Positions 16,056 through 26,000 of a stretch of DNA of 39,703 nt are shown piece by piece. This DNA comes from Candidatus Tayloriibacteriota bacterium. Lineage in GTDB: Bacteria > Patescibacteriota > Minisyncoccia > Phycocordibacterales > UBA10002. Position 1 is the stretch's first letter. The number at the start of each line of letters is the position of its first letter. Under the pieces are notes generated by a model. The model worked only from the letters and a program-made list of their open reading frames with translations, made no database searches and had not been told where the DNA came from. The DNA is taken from assembly GCA_009694955.1 (NCBI GenBank), contig SIBZ01000004.1:1-39703 (forward strand), in the 5' to 3' direction. The position numbers and the translations under genes were made by a program.

Positions 16056-16085
16056 AGCTTATAGCTGTTAGCTGATAGCTCTTAG
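16056..16085. repeat. Heptamer array, AGCTnnn family
   Basis: agcttat agctgtt agctgat agctctt ag. Confidence 0.8.
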
Positions 16086-16173
16086 GCAGACAGTAACTAT
16101 TGACATTGAATCGTAAAGGTGGTTAGATGAGCCTCGAAACGTTCGAACATCAACAACTCAACCCCCGAAATCT

Positions 16174-16593
16174 ATGCCTACTGAAATGCTACTCTTCTCT
16201 GTCTGGTGCATCCTTGGAATTGTGTTTATGGTCGCCGGTGGTGTTTTCCTGTTTGGTCCCACCAAAAAACCGAAACTGGTGCTTTGGTTCATTTACACAT
16301 TCACAATCTTCTTAACGGCCTTATGTGCATGGTATCTGGGTCACGGACATCCGAGCTATGGAAGATTCGCCTCGGTTATGTTGACGCGGGGAGACCCATT
16401 GGCAATTGCCGGAATGTCGATGCAGACAGGCAAAGACGGAGAACCCGAAGCCTACTTCTTGTTCTTTGCCAGGGAAAATAAGCCCCCGCTCACTATAAAG
16501 CTACTCGCGGCGGATATCGTCAACCCGGATGGCCTCAAACTGGGAGGCGTCCTACCAATGCTGGTGGACGGAAAATGGAGATTCCGATTTTAG
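16174..16593 (+). CDS. Hypothetical membrane protein
   Basis: Two N-terminal TM helices; TTGACA upstream at about 16100. Confidence 0.65.
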   Translation: MPTEMLLFSVWCILGIVFMVAGGVFLFGPTKKPKLVLWFIYTFTIFLTALCAWYLGHGHPSYGRFASVMLTRGDPLAIAGMSMQTGKDGEPEAYFLFFARENKPPLTIKLLAADIVNPDGLKLGGVLPMLVDGKWRFRF

Positions 16594-16740
16594 CAAGTTG
16601 CTCTGTGAAGAAAAAAACTGCCGGAGACTCCAGCTTCTTCACGCAGGAGCGTAGCTCTGAACGAAGGAAGGCGGTAACACCCGTTTCGAAACGGCGTTAC
16701 CGTCTACCACTCAGGCGAAGATTCAAAGGTTAGTCACATC

Positions 16741-16772
16741 CGCTCCGGCCCACAAAGCCGGAGCGAACTTTT
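16741..16772. terminator. Terminator hairpin
   Basis: cgctccggc-ccacaaa-gccggagcg followed by a T tract. Confidence 0.7.
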
Positions 16773-17635
16773 TATAGGAGTGCTTTTTCGATAAGCGGAG
16801 CAACATCGATAGTTGAAGCAGGCTCTGCAATGCTGTTCGAGAGGAACAGTTTTGAGTAATTTTTCTGCAAACGCGCGACACCCTCGGGCAGAAGTCCGTG
16901 AGTTACAACCGCAACCATCTCTTTCGGACCGTATTTTTTACACGCTTCCTCAAAGCGAATCATCGTCCCTCCCGTTTCCACAAGGTCATCAACGACGGCA
17001 ACGGCCTTCCCCCTAAGACTACCGAACAAGGCTTCGTCCTCGGCAAGGTGGACCGTATAGGAGTCAACACGGGTCTTCTGGACACCTTGTAGCCCTTTCG
17101 TGCGCTTAGTGTGCCCCATATCGGGTGCGACGAACACTGCATCGGGATATTCTTTGCGGACAGCCGAAAGAAGCGTTTCGTGAGCCGAAACGGATTGGAA
17201 TGGAAGCCCACTCAACCACGCTCCGTCGTGGAAATGCGGGTCGATGGCAAATATCTTTTTCACGCCGTAGTACGACACGAGTTTCCGGAGGATATCTTCG
17301 GCGGTTATGGTTTCCCCTGCTCCGTGGAGCTTATCCTGCATACTGTACGGAACATACGAAAAAAACACTTCAACGTCCCTCTTCCCTTCCCGCTTCAGAA
17401 TGGAAAGAATTATTTCAAGTTCCAAAAGTCCGTCATTCGGATTCGGCGCGCCGGAGTGAAGCACGACAAATCGCCCTTCCTTCGGAAGGTCGGGGAGCTT
17501 TACAAACACCTCCCCGTCCGGAAACGCATTTTTCCCATCTTTATTTTTCCCAAGCGGAACAAGCCGGAATTCCTTTCGGTTCTCGAAATAGACGCGAAAA
17601 TGCTGTGCCGACGTCGTGAGAATAAGATTAATCAT
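16772..17635 (-). CDS. prs: Ribose-phosphate pyrophosphokinase (PRPP synthetase)
   Basis: FPDGE, PYSMQDK, IDPH, APDMG and VDDLVETGGT; ATG at 17635, since the longer ORF start runs through a repeat. Confidence 0.85.
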   Translation of the reverse strand: MINLILTTSAQHFRVYFENRKEFRLVPLGKNKDGKNAFPDGEVFVKLPDLPKEGRFVVLHSGAPNPNDGLLELEIILSILKREGKRDVEVFFSYVPYSMQDKLHGAGETITAEDILRKLVSYYGVKKIFAIDPHFHDGAWLSGLPFQSVSAHETLLSAVRKEYPDAVFVAPDMGHTKRTKGLQGVQKTRVDSYTVHLAEDEALFGSLRGKAVAVVDDLVETGGTMIRFEEACKKYGPKEMVAVVTHGLLPEGVARLQKNYSKLFLSNSIAEPASTIDVAPLIEKALL

Positions 17636-17655
17636 ATTTATCAGGCTCTTTCTGA

Positions 17656-17752
17656 ATTCTCCCTTTCCTAAAGGGAGCACTCCGTCTTCGGAGGAGGGAT
17701 TTAAATCCTCCGTCCTCGAAAACTCGGACACCTCCTTTAGGAAAGGAGGAAT
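17656..17752. repeat. Head-to-head dimer (BIME-like) of a double-hairpin element
   Basis: attctccctttcctaaagggag...gggattt|aaatcctcc...cctcctttaggaaaggaggaat. Confidence 0.85.
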
Positions 17753-17778
17753 AAGATACTGACACCTACTTCTCTTTC

Positions 17779-17801
17779 CTAAAAGCTAGAAGCTATAAGC
17801 T
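17779..17801. repeat. Heptamer array, AGCTnnn family
   Basis: ctaaaag ctagaag ctataag ct, just after the rpoD stop. Confidence 0.7.
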
Positions 17802-17805
17802 TCCC

Positions 17806-19017
17806 CTAATATCCTTGGAGTTTTTTCGCTTTCTCGTGCTGGCGGATTTTCTCGTGCGCCTTGGCCTCAATCTGGCGGATGCGTTCACGGGTCACGCCGA
17901 ACTTCTGGCCGACTTCTTCGAGCGTGTGGGTAATGCCATCGAGAAGACCGTGACGGAGCTCCAAAATTTTTCGTTCTTTTTCGGACAGGTCGCCGAGGAT
18001 TTCTTTCACTTGGTCGCCGAGGATTCGGCGGGACGATTCCTGGTCGGGAGAAAGGATTTTGTCGTCGTGGAGAAAATCTCCGAGTGTCGACTTGCCGTCG
18101 TCTCCTTCGTCGCCCACAGGGGACTCGAGCGACACGGTGTCTTGGTCAATTTTTTCGATTTGGTATACCTTATCCGTTTCGATACCCATTTCAACACCGA
18201 TTTCTTCGGGAAGCGGGTCACGTCCGAGGTCCTGCGAGAGACGGCGTACTACCTGCTTGTACTTCGCAATCGTTTCCACCATATGCACCGGCACCCGAAT
18301 CGTGCGTGACTGGTCGGCGAGCGCGCGGGTAATCGCCTGGCGAATCCACCAGGTCGCGTAAGTTGAAAACTTATATCCTTTGGTCCAGTCGAACTTATCG
18401 ACCGCCTTGAAAAGACCCAGGTTCCCTTCCTGAATGAGGTCGAGAAGCGTGAGGTCGGGCGAGCGTCCGACGTATTTTTTGGCAATCGAGACGACGAGAC
18501 GCAAGTTCGCGCGGGCAAGCAGGTTTTTCGCTTCCGTGTCGCCTGCCTGAATGCGCTTCGCGAGTTCCTTTTCGTCCTTGGCGTTGATGAGCGGGTACTG
18601 TCCGATTTCCTTCAAATACATCTGAATCGAATCATAAGATGATTCGCTACTCTTCCCCAGATAGACATTTTTCTTGCCGTGTGGCTCTTCCACCTCCTTT
18701 TCGAGCATGCCTCCTCCCTCGAGCACATCGATGCCCGCAGTCTGGAATTTTGCGTACAGCTCATCGAGGAACATAATGTCCTCCTCGATGGTGGGAAACT
18801 CTTTCAGAATATCGTTGTAGGTGATAAACCCACGGTCCTTGCCTTTGGCGACAAGCCTGTCCGTCCGTATGTCGCGTTCTTTCCCACGGGAAAGTTTTAC
18901 CGGCTGTTCCTTCGGCGAGACTTTCTTTTTCGTCTGAGGCTTCTTTGAGACCTTTGGCGCAACCTTTTTCTTCTTTTTCTTGTCTTTCGCGCGAGGCTTT
19001 TTTGACTTTTTGGCCAT
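17806..19017 (-). CDS. rpoD: Primary sigma factor RpoD/SigA
   Basis: [40 protein letters not shown] and TRERIRQIE. Confidence 0.97.
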   Translation of the reverse strand: MAKKSKKPRAKDKKKKKKVAPKVSKKPQTKKKVSPKEQPVKLSRGKERDIRTDRLVAKGKDRGFITYNDILKEFPTIEEDIMFLDELYAKFQTAGIDVLEGGGMLEKEVEEPHGKKNVYLGKSSESSYDSIQMYLKEIGQYPLINAKDEKELAKRIQAGDTEAKNLLARANLRLVVSIAKKYVGRSPDLTLLDLIQEGNLGLFKAVDKFDWTKGYKFSTYATWWIRQAITRALADQSRTIRVPVHMVETIAKYKQVVRRLSQDLGRDPLPEEIGVEMGIETDKVYQIEKIDQDTVSLESPVGDEGDDGKSTLGDFLHDDKILSPDQESSRRILGDQVKEILGDLSEKERKILELRHGLLDGITHTLEEVGQKFGVTRERIRQIEAKAHEKIRQHEKAKKLQGY

Positions 19018-19126
19018 AGGTTTTACGTTAGTGGTGGTGACACTCTACCACGTTTTATATAAATCTCAACCCCCCGTCAAAGTTTGCGGACACCACTTGT
19101 CAGTGTGAGCATCGGATATCCTTTCC

Positions 19127-20860
19127 TTAATGCATCGGCTCCGAGAACCGTGCCGATTTAAGCCCCGCTAGTTTCTGCGTAAGGTCTTTGCATCGTTGCA
19201 ACAGCGCGAGCGCTTCTTCTCTCTTCCCTTCACGCTCTTTCTGCATCAGCGTATCCATCGTCTCGGAAAGTTCTACCGTTACCCGCTCCTCCTCAAGGTG
19301 GCGGATAAGTTCCGCTTCCTCCTGCGCGCTCGGCGCGCCATCCCCGTACAGCGTCTCGGCCTCAAGAAGAAGCACATCACGAAGCAGTCCGTAGTGTTCC
19401 TGTTTTTTTGAAAATAGTTCCGGTCCGTAAAGCTTCGTAAGCGTTCCTGAACCTCGTTCGCGAAGCGGTGCGTTCCCCCGCGCCTCGGCGAAGAACAGAA
19501 TACTGAACACTCGCCGTTCTATCGTCGTCGAACGGAGCGGAGCGAGTATCTTCTGTGGCAGAGCGGCCCCCCCTTCTTTCGCTGAAGGCGCGGGTAACTT
19601 TTTGAACGTCTCCCACAACGCTTCTTCACGGAGTCCACTTTTCTCGGCGATGGTTTTCAAAAAGTGCGATTGCTCCACACTTGACGGAAGTATCCGGAGG
19701 AGCGGAAGGAGTGTCTTCTCGATGGCGAGTGCACGCTCCCGTCCCGCTTTGGCGGACGCAAGCAGACTCTCAAGCAAGAAATCAATCACGTGTCTCGCCT
19801 CGGTAACCGCCTTATCCCACGCCTGCGGTTCCTTTTGTATAAGGTCTGCGGGATCTTTTCCTCCCGCAATGGCGATAACCTTCACGTTCATACCGAGGGA
19901 AAGCGCAATATGGATAGCACGCTCGCTCGCGCGGATGCCGGCGGGGTCCGAATCGAACGAGAGAAGCAGGTTTTCCGTAAGCCGTTTGATACGCGTAAGT
20001 TGCTCTATGGTAAGCGCGGTTCCCGAAGAAGCGACGGTATGCTCGTACCCCGCCTGATGCGCCATAAGAAGGTCCATCTGCCCCTCGACAAGAATGGCAG
20101 AATCCTTCTGCCTGATGATGAGCTTTGCCTTGTCGAAACCGTGGAGTGTTTGCGACTTGTTGAAGAGTATCGTCTCCGGACTGTTGATATATTTGCCGGT
20201 CTTTCCATCGTCAAACGCGGGGAGAATGCGGGCGGAAAATGCAATCACGCGTGAAGCACTGTCCCGAATTGGGAACATAATGCGTCCGCGAAACGCGTCA
20301 TAGAATTTATTCCTATCTTGCTCGGAGCGCTTGATGAGCCCTACCTTCCCCATTTCTTCAGGTGTAAAGCCTTCCTTGGTGAGATAGTCAAACAGCACTC
20401 TCCAGTCGTTTGGAGCGAAACCGATTCGCCAGTCCTGTATCGTCTTTGGCGAGAGTCCGCGCCCCTCTATATACCGTTTCGCTTCCGAAGTATTCCGAAG
20501 CGTTTCTTCATAGAACCGAGTCGCCTTTTCAAGACAGAGGTACAGCCGAGCGTACTCACTCCGCATCTTGGGGTCGATTTTCTGGAGGGTAACACCCGCG
20601 CGTGACGCGAGCACACGGAGTGCTCCGATGAAGTCGAGCCCTTCGAATTCCTGCACAAATGTGAAGATATCCCCTTTCGCGTTACATCCGAAGCAGTAGT
20701 AGGAATTTCGCGCGGGCGAGACGAAAAACGACGGCGTTTTTTCGTTGTGGAACGGACACTTCCCCTTCAGCGAACTTCCGGCTTTGGTGAGCTGGATATA
20801 GGAGCCGACCACGTCGGCAATACCAAGTCGTTCTTTAATTTGTTCTACCGGTGTGGACAT
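19127..20860 (-). CDS. dnaG: DNA primase
   Basis: CPFHNEKTPSF zinc ribbon, KYINSPET, EGQMD and TOPRIM FDSDPAG. Confidence 0.97.
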   Translation of the reverse strand: MSTPVEQIKERLGIADVVGSYIQLTKAGSSLKGKCPFHNEKTPSFFVSPARNSYYCFGCNAKGDIFTFVQEFEGLDFIGALRVLASRAGVTLQKIDPKMRSEYARLYLCLEKATRFYEETLRNTSEAKRYIEGRGLSPKTIQDWRIGFAPNDWRVLFDYLTKEGFTPEEMGKVGLIKRSEQDRNKFYDAFRGRIMFPIRDSASRVIAFSARILPAFDDGKTGKYINSPETILFNKSQTLHGFDKAKLIIRQKDSAILVEGQMDLLMAHQAGYEHTVASSGTALTIEQLTRIKRLTENLLLSFDSDPAGIRASERAIHIALSLGMNVKVIAIAGGKDPADLIQKEPQAWDKAVTEARHVIDFLLESLLASAKAGRERALAIEKTLLPLLRILPSSVEQSHFLKTIAEKSGLREEALWETFKKLPAPSAKEGGAALPQKILAPLRSTTIERRVFSILFFAEARGNAPLRERGSGTLTKLYGPELFSKKQEHYGLLRDVLLLEAETLYGDGAPSAQEEAELIRHLEEERVTVELSETMDTLMQKEREGKREEALALLQRCKDLTQKLAGLKSARFSEPMH

Positions 20861-20950
20861 AAAGCTTGCACGTTATCGCAAAAGAGTGTACTCTATAAGA
20901 ACAGTTGGCTTCGGCCTCACCCCCGCAAGGGGGAGAATGTGGGAAATCCG

Positions 20951-21565
20951 TCAGAGTAATCCTTTGACGGATTTCCTTATATCTTCAGATAACGTTTTCG
21001 GGAAATACGGTATCACGTCCTCATCTCGTAAAAGAATAGTATTGTTGGAAGCTTTCGTTAAGCCAAATGATTGCCCTTTTGAAACTCCGACGTAGACAAC
21101 TCGTTTATTGAAAGACCGAACCTCTTCTACGGCCGGCACGAGATCTGTATCAGAACTCAAAAGATATCCTATATCATACTTGTTCTCGCGGGCAAGCCGT
21201 ATCATTTCCACTGCGATTCTTACATCAACACCTTTTTCGTGGAAACTTTTATCCGGGTGTTGAATGAGATTACCCAAAATAACAGCTATGTGTTGCTGTT
21301 GTAATTTCGCAATAAGTTTCTGCTGGCTTGCGTAAAGTTTCTCAGACTTTTCTTTGTTTGGTCCACTTTGTCTCCGTATTGCTCCGACATAATATCGTAT
21401 CTCGGCAAGAGTGTTTGATTTGATAAGATTTCTAGCAAAACTCGCGTAGTCAAAATCCAGTAACTTTAAGATTTCTTTTTTTTCAGCTGTAATATCCTTC
21501 AATTTATAATAAAAATTATTGCCGTCAATGAATAGTATTACCCGATTTTGAGGCTTGTTTTCCAT
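20951..21565 (-). CDS. NYN-domain (LabA/DUF88) PIN-like ribonuclease
   Basis: FIDGNNFY, EKGVDV and LSSDTDL; AT-rich. Confidence 0.9.
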   Translation of the reverse strand: MENKPQNRVILFIDGNNFYYKLKDITAEKKEILKLLDFDYASFARNLIKSNTLAEIRYYVGAIRRQSGPNKEKSEKLYASQQKLIAKLQQQHIAVILGNLIQHPDKSFHEKGVDVRIAVEMIRLARENKYDIGYLLSSDTDLVPAVEEVRSFNKRVVYVGVSKGQSFGLTKASNNTILLRDEDVIPYFPKTLSEDIRKSVKGLL

Positions 21566-21571
21566 ATAAAA

Positions 21572-21652
21572 CTAAACTGCCGTCCTGGTTTGCACCAAGA
21601 AGGCAGTGGGATTAGTGCCTATACTATATCAGGCAACATACCCAAAAGTCAA
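21572..21652 (-). promoter_or_regulatory. Promoter and long stem-loop leader of the NYN gene
   Basis: TTGACT-18-TATAGT, then ACUAA..ACUGCC.UUC.UUGGU-GCAA-ACCAG.GAC.GGCAGU.UUAGU. Confidence 0.55.
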
Positions 21653-21773
21653 CTTGGCTGTTGATAAATAATTATAGTTAAATTTTATCATACATCAGAT
21701 AAAAATACCCTTATCACGAAAGAAAATTAGACACATTTTTTCTATGCTTGTGAGGGGCCTGGCCCCTATTCCC

Positions 21774-22775
21774 TTAGGCAATTTCAACGTCAACAAGTTT
21801 CAGCTTCATCCCGTAAAATTGGTCGCCGGTTATTATGTTAATTTTTCCTTCTCCGGAAAAAGGAGTATTGGTTGGGGGGACAATTTCACTCTGCCCCTTT
21901 GAAATTTTATATGATGGTCGTGTACTTTTTAAGAATAAATGATACGCACCTTCAGTTCGCGACTCGCCGGGTTTAAAGGTCAATCCCTTTCCCTCTGCCC
22001 ATAATTCATGTGGTTCACCCTCAATATCAATTCCATATCCAATGGCAAGATAATTTGCTTGCCTGAACATTTCCAGTTTTTCCGGTGAATCTCCGACAAG
22101 TTTTGTCGAAGGATCAACGGGAATCCATTGGCCATTACTCAACTTAATCTCAATCCACGAATGAGGCGATACTGGTTTACCAATTTCAGTTGATTTGAAC
22201 AATTTTTCTTTTGTATCGGTACGTTCGATATTTTTAATCGTTCCTGAATCGGAGTTCATAAAACATCCCTCGAGTCCGGCTTTCTCTGCAAGATATAAGT
22301 ACGCAACGGACAAATGCCTGCACACCCCGTAACCTTTTTCAACCAGTTCGGATAGGGGAACATTCATTGTTGAAAAACTATTCAGTCCGGTGTTTTTTGC
22401 GACCCATTGGGCAAGTTCAGGATCTGTTTCGGAAACTTTTTCTAAAACATCCTTGTGTGCGTACTGAATATTGTCTCTGAGTAAGTTTAGAATTGCCGCG
22501 GGACGTTCGTGCTCAGGTAAATTTTTGATAGCTTCCGCTTGCAAAACAAGATTGTGAACTTTTTCAGTCTCTTTGTCGATCAAAACCGAGAAGTTGGCAT
22601 AGCTTTTCCCTTCTTCTATGACGATGGGTTGCTTTTCTACAACAACTTTTACTTCGGGAGAACAGGGAGTATTTGTATCAAGTTCAAGATGTTTAAAAAG
22701 TACCACAGCTTGCGCAGAGTTTTTTTCAATTTCTATCCCATTCGGTTGTTTTAAGCCTTCCACAACGCAAATCAA
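21774..22775 (-). CDS. Transglutaminase-like (Cys-His-Asp) protein, probably 5'-truncated
   Basis: GVCRH, PHSWIE and WIPVDPS; no ATG near the 5' end; abuts a hairpin element. Confidence 0.75.
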   Translation of the reverse strand: MICVVEGLKQPNGIEIEKNSAQAVVLFKHLELDTNTPCSPEVKVVVEKQPIVIEEGKSYANFSVLIDKETEKVHNLVLQAEAIKNLPEHERPAAILNLLRDNIQYAHKDVLEKVSETDPELAQWVAKNTGLNSFSTMNVPLSELVEKGYGVCRHLSVAYLYLAEKAGLEGCFMNSDSGTIKNIERTDTKEKLFKSTEIGKPVSPHSWIEIKLSNGQWIPVDPSTKLVGDSPEKLEMFRQANYLAIGYGIDIEGEPHELWAEGKGLTFKPGESRTEGAYHLFLKSTRPSYKISKGQSEIVPPTNTPFSGEGKINIITGDQFYGMKLKLVDVEIA

Positions 22776-22890
22776 TTACCTCGCGGCAAGCCGACGAGGT
22801 TTGACTCGAGGCTCCGCCACATTGTTAATATTGAAAACCAAAGGTTTTCAAACTTTCCTATGCGGTTCTCGCGGCAAGCCGCGAGGAAAT
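22770..22890 (-). mobile_element. Candidate non-autonomous IS200/IS605-like miniature element
   Basis: Two terminal hairpins share the 14-nt direct repeat ctcgcggcaagccg (22780-22793 and 22868-22881); the minus-strand end reads ...gaggtaattgatt. Confidence 0.55.
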
Positions 22891-22973
22891 CCGCTTCGCG
22901 TATTGTACCACTTCTGCTCAAAAAATCAAAGCAGAGAGCCGTAGAAATTAGGATGACATGGGGCGAAGGCTCC

Positions 22974-23006
22974 ACAAAACTCCCCGCAAACGGCGGGGAG
23001 TTTTGT
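22974..23006 (-). terminator. rpoC terminator
   Basis: acaaaactccccgc-aaacg-gcggggagttttgt. Confidence 0.85.
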
Positions 23007-23042
23007 TATTCAGTCATTCAGTTATTGGTTATCCGTTATTCA
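23005..23042. repeat. 7/8-mer array, GTTATTC family
   Basis: gttattca gtcattca gttattg gttatcc gttattca; includes the rpoC TAA. Confidence 0.65.
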
Positions 23043-26000
23043 GCCGGCTCTTCGAATGCGGGTTCCGGATAGAGCTCCGCTTGCATCTTCGCAATCATCG
23101 CGGCTTTCGGGCCTCCCTTGTAACCGGTGCCGGCGGGGATAAGACGTCCGATAATGACATTTTCCATAAGGCCTTGGAGACTGTCTTTGCTTCCACGTAC
23201 CGCAGAGTTGATGAGGACCCGAGTCGTGTGTTGGAAGGATGCAGCGGAAAGGAAACTTCGGCGCGAGAGCGACACTTCGGAAATACCCATAACGAGTGAC
23301 TCTGCTTTTGCTTCTTCTTCCCCCCGTTCTTTGGCACCTTCGTTTTCGCGTGAGAGTGTCAACGGGTCAACAACATCTCCTATCGAGAGCGCCGTGCCTC
23401 CCGCGTCCTTCACCTTCCGGCGGAAGAACATCTGGCGGACAATCGTTTCAATATGCTTGCGGGCAACCGTTTCTCCCTGGAGGTCGTAGGGTTTGGTGAC
23501 TTCACTGATGATGTATTCTTGCGCGCGTTCGCGTCCGCCGTACTTGAAGAGTTCGTCGATATCGGCCGCACCGTCGGTGAGGAGGTCGCCCTTCTTCACC
23601 GCGTCGCCAACCTTCACAAGCGGAATGCGGTTGTAGCTCGTGACGTACTCCGATTCGCTCTTCTTTTTCGTTTTGCTCTTATCGGCGATATCCGGAAGAA
23701 CCGTAATAATTTTTTCTTTGCCGAGGTCTTTGATTTCGGTAATGATGCCATCAACACGGCAGACGACCGCTGGGTTCTTCGGCGCGCGCTTCTCGAAGAG
23801 TTCTTCGACGCGCGGGAGACCTTGCGTAATGTCTCCGCCGAGTGTCGACACACCTCCAGTATGGAAGGTACGCATCGTAAGCTGTGTTCCCGGTTCGCCG
23901 ATGGCCTGCGCAGCAACGGTGCCGACCGCTTCGCCAAGTCCGACTATTTCGTGTTTACCGAGATCGAGTCCGTAACACTTCTGACAGATACCGGAAACGC
24001 TCTTGCACGAAAGCGGTGAACGTACCCATACCTCCTCTACTCCGGCTTCCTGCACTTTGAGCGCATCAAGCTTGGTAAGAAGGTCACCCTTCTTGAAAAG
24101 TACCGTACCCTCCGATGTAACGATATCGGCGGAAAGGAACCGTCCCTTGATATTCTTTGAGAGAATGGCGTCAATACCGGATGCGGAATTGCGAGAAATC
24201 TTAATACCTTCTTTCACACCGCAATCTACTTCACTCACCATTACGTCTTGCGCCACCACGAAAAGCTTACGGGTAAGGTAACCGGCTTTCGCGGTGTTAA
24301 GCGCGGTGTCGGTAAGACCTTTACGCGAACCGTGCGTGGTAATGAAGTATTCAATTGGCGTGAGACCTTCCTTCATACAGGAGAGAATCGGGAACTCAAT
24401 GGTTTCTCCGGCGGTGTTCTGGATAAGACCTTTCATACCGGCCATTTGCGTTATTTGCGAGAACGAACCGCGGGCACCGGAATACACCATATCGAAAACC
24501 GAGCCGTTTTTGTCGAGCGAGGCGGGGATGAGTTTCTCAACCTGTGCCTTGGCCGCGTGCCAGATTTCGATATTCTTCCGGAGACGTTCCTCTTCGGACA
24601 AGAGGCCGTCACGCCATTCCTGATACGCAACTTCGGATTTTTCTTTCGCCTTCTCAATCACGTCCGCTTTACCCTCCGGCACTTTCACGTCGTCGATACC
24701 CCACGTGATGCCCGAGTAGGTCGCGTATTTGAATCCGAACGCCTTGATGCGGTCCATAATGGACGGGATTTCCGAGATACCGTAGCGGTTGATGAGGTCG
24801 TCAACGAGCGAGGACATGCTCTTTCGTTCCATTTCCTTGTTGATAAACGCGTAATCGTTCGGGAGTACACTGTTGAAAAGGAGGCGCCCCACGGTCGTTT
24901 CAAACACTTTGCCTTCATACGCTTTGTATTTTTCCTGCTCGGTGGCGAGTACTTTAATCTTCGCGCGAAAATCAACCACATCGAAGTCCCACGCGGTAAT
25001 CGCGCTGTTGGGACGGGCGAACATCTTGCCTTCTCCTTTCGCGCCGGGAAGCACCTTGGTCATCCACCAGCACCCGAGCACAATGTCGAGCATTTTTCCG
25101 GATACAATAGGGTCGCCGGAGCCGGGCTTCAAGATGTTCTTGTGGGCGGCCATAATCTCCCTCGCTTCAAGCTGTGCTTCTTCAGAGAGTGGCACGTGTA
25201 CGGCCATCTGGTCACCGTCGAAGTCCGCGTTAAAGGCGGTACATACGAGCGGGTGCACTTGGATGGCGTTACCTTCAATCAGAACCGGCTGGAAGGCCTG
25301 AATACCGAGGCGGTGCAGAGTCGGCGCGCGGTTCAGGAGCACGTATTTGTTTTTGATAACTTCTTCGAGAATCGCCCAGACTTCCGGCACACCTTCTTCA
25401 ATGAGGCGTCCGGCTCCTCGAATGTTGAACGCGAGTTCGCGTTGTAACAGTTTGGAAATGACGAACGGTCGGAAGAGTTCGAGCGCCATATGTTTCGGCA
25501 AACCGCACTGGTGGAGTTTGAGTTCGGGACCAACCACGATAACAGAGCGTCCCGAATAGTCGACACGCTTACCGAGGAGGTTCTGGCGAAAGAGACCACG
25601 CTTGCCTTTCAGGTTATCCGAGAGCGACTTGAGCGGTCTTCGCTGTGAAGCGGTGAGCGCTCCCGCGGCGCCGGCGCCGTGACGGATGGAGTTGTCGATG
25701 AGGCTGTCAACGGCTTCCTGCAAAATGCGCTTTTCGTTACGCAAGATGACATCCGGCGCGTTGATTTCCTTAAGCTTTCGAAGACGGTTGTTGCGGTTGA
25801 TAACCCGGCGGTAGAGGTCGTTCACATCTGAGGTGGCGTAGCGCCCTCCGTCGAGCGGTACCATCGGGCGGAGCGCCGGAGGAATAACGGGAACTCGCGT
25901 GAGAAACATCCATTCGGGTCGGATATTCGCGGAAATCATTGAACGGATAAGGCTTAGCCTTTTGTTCAAACGGTCGCGTTCCACCGAGCTTGCCTTCTCT

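Noticed and set aside
17636-17731. N-terminal extension of prs (MSEFSRTEDL...)
   Set aside because: It is the translation of the palindromic dimer; the ATG at 17635 fits the family start better.
24248-25447. 399-aa antisense ORF in rpoC, and other long shadow ORFs in rpoB, the helicase, rnr and smc
   Set aside because: These are antisense open frames expected from codon bias in conserved genes and show no independent motifs.
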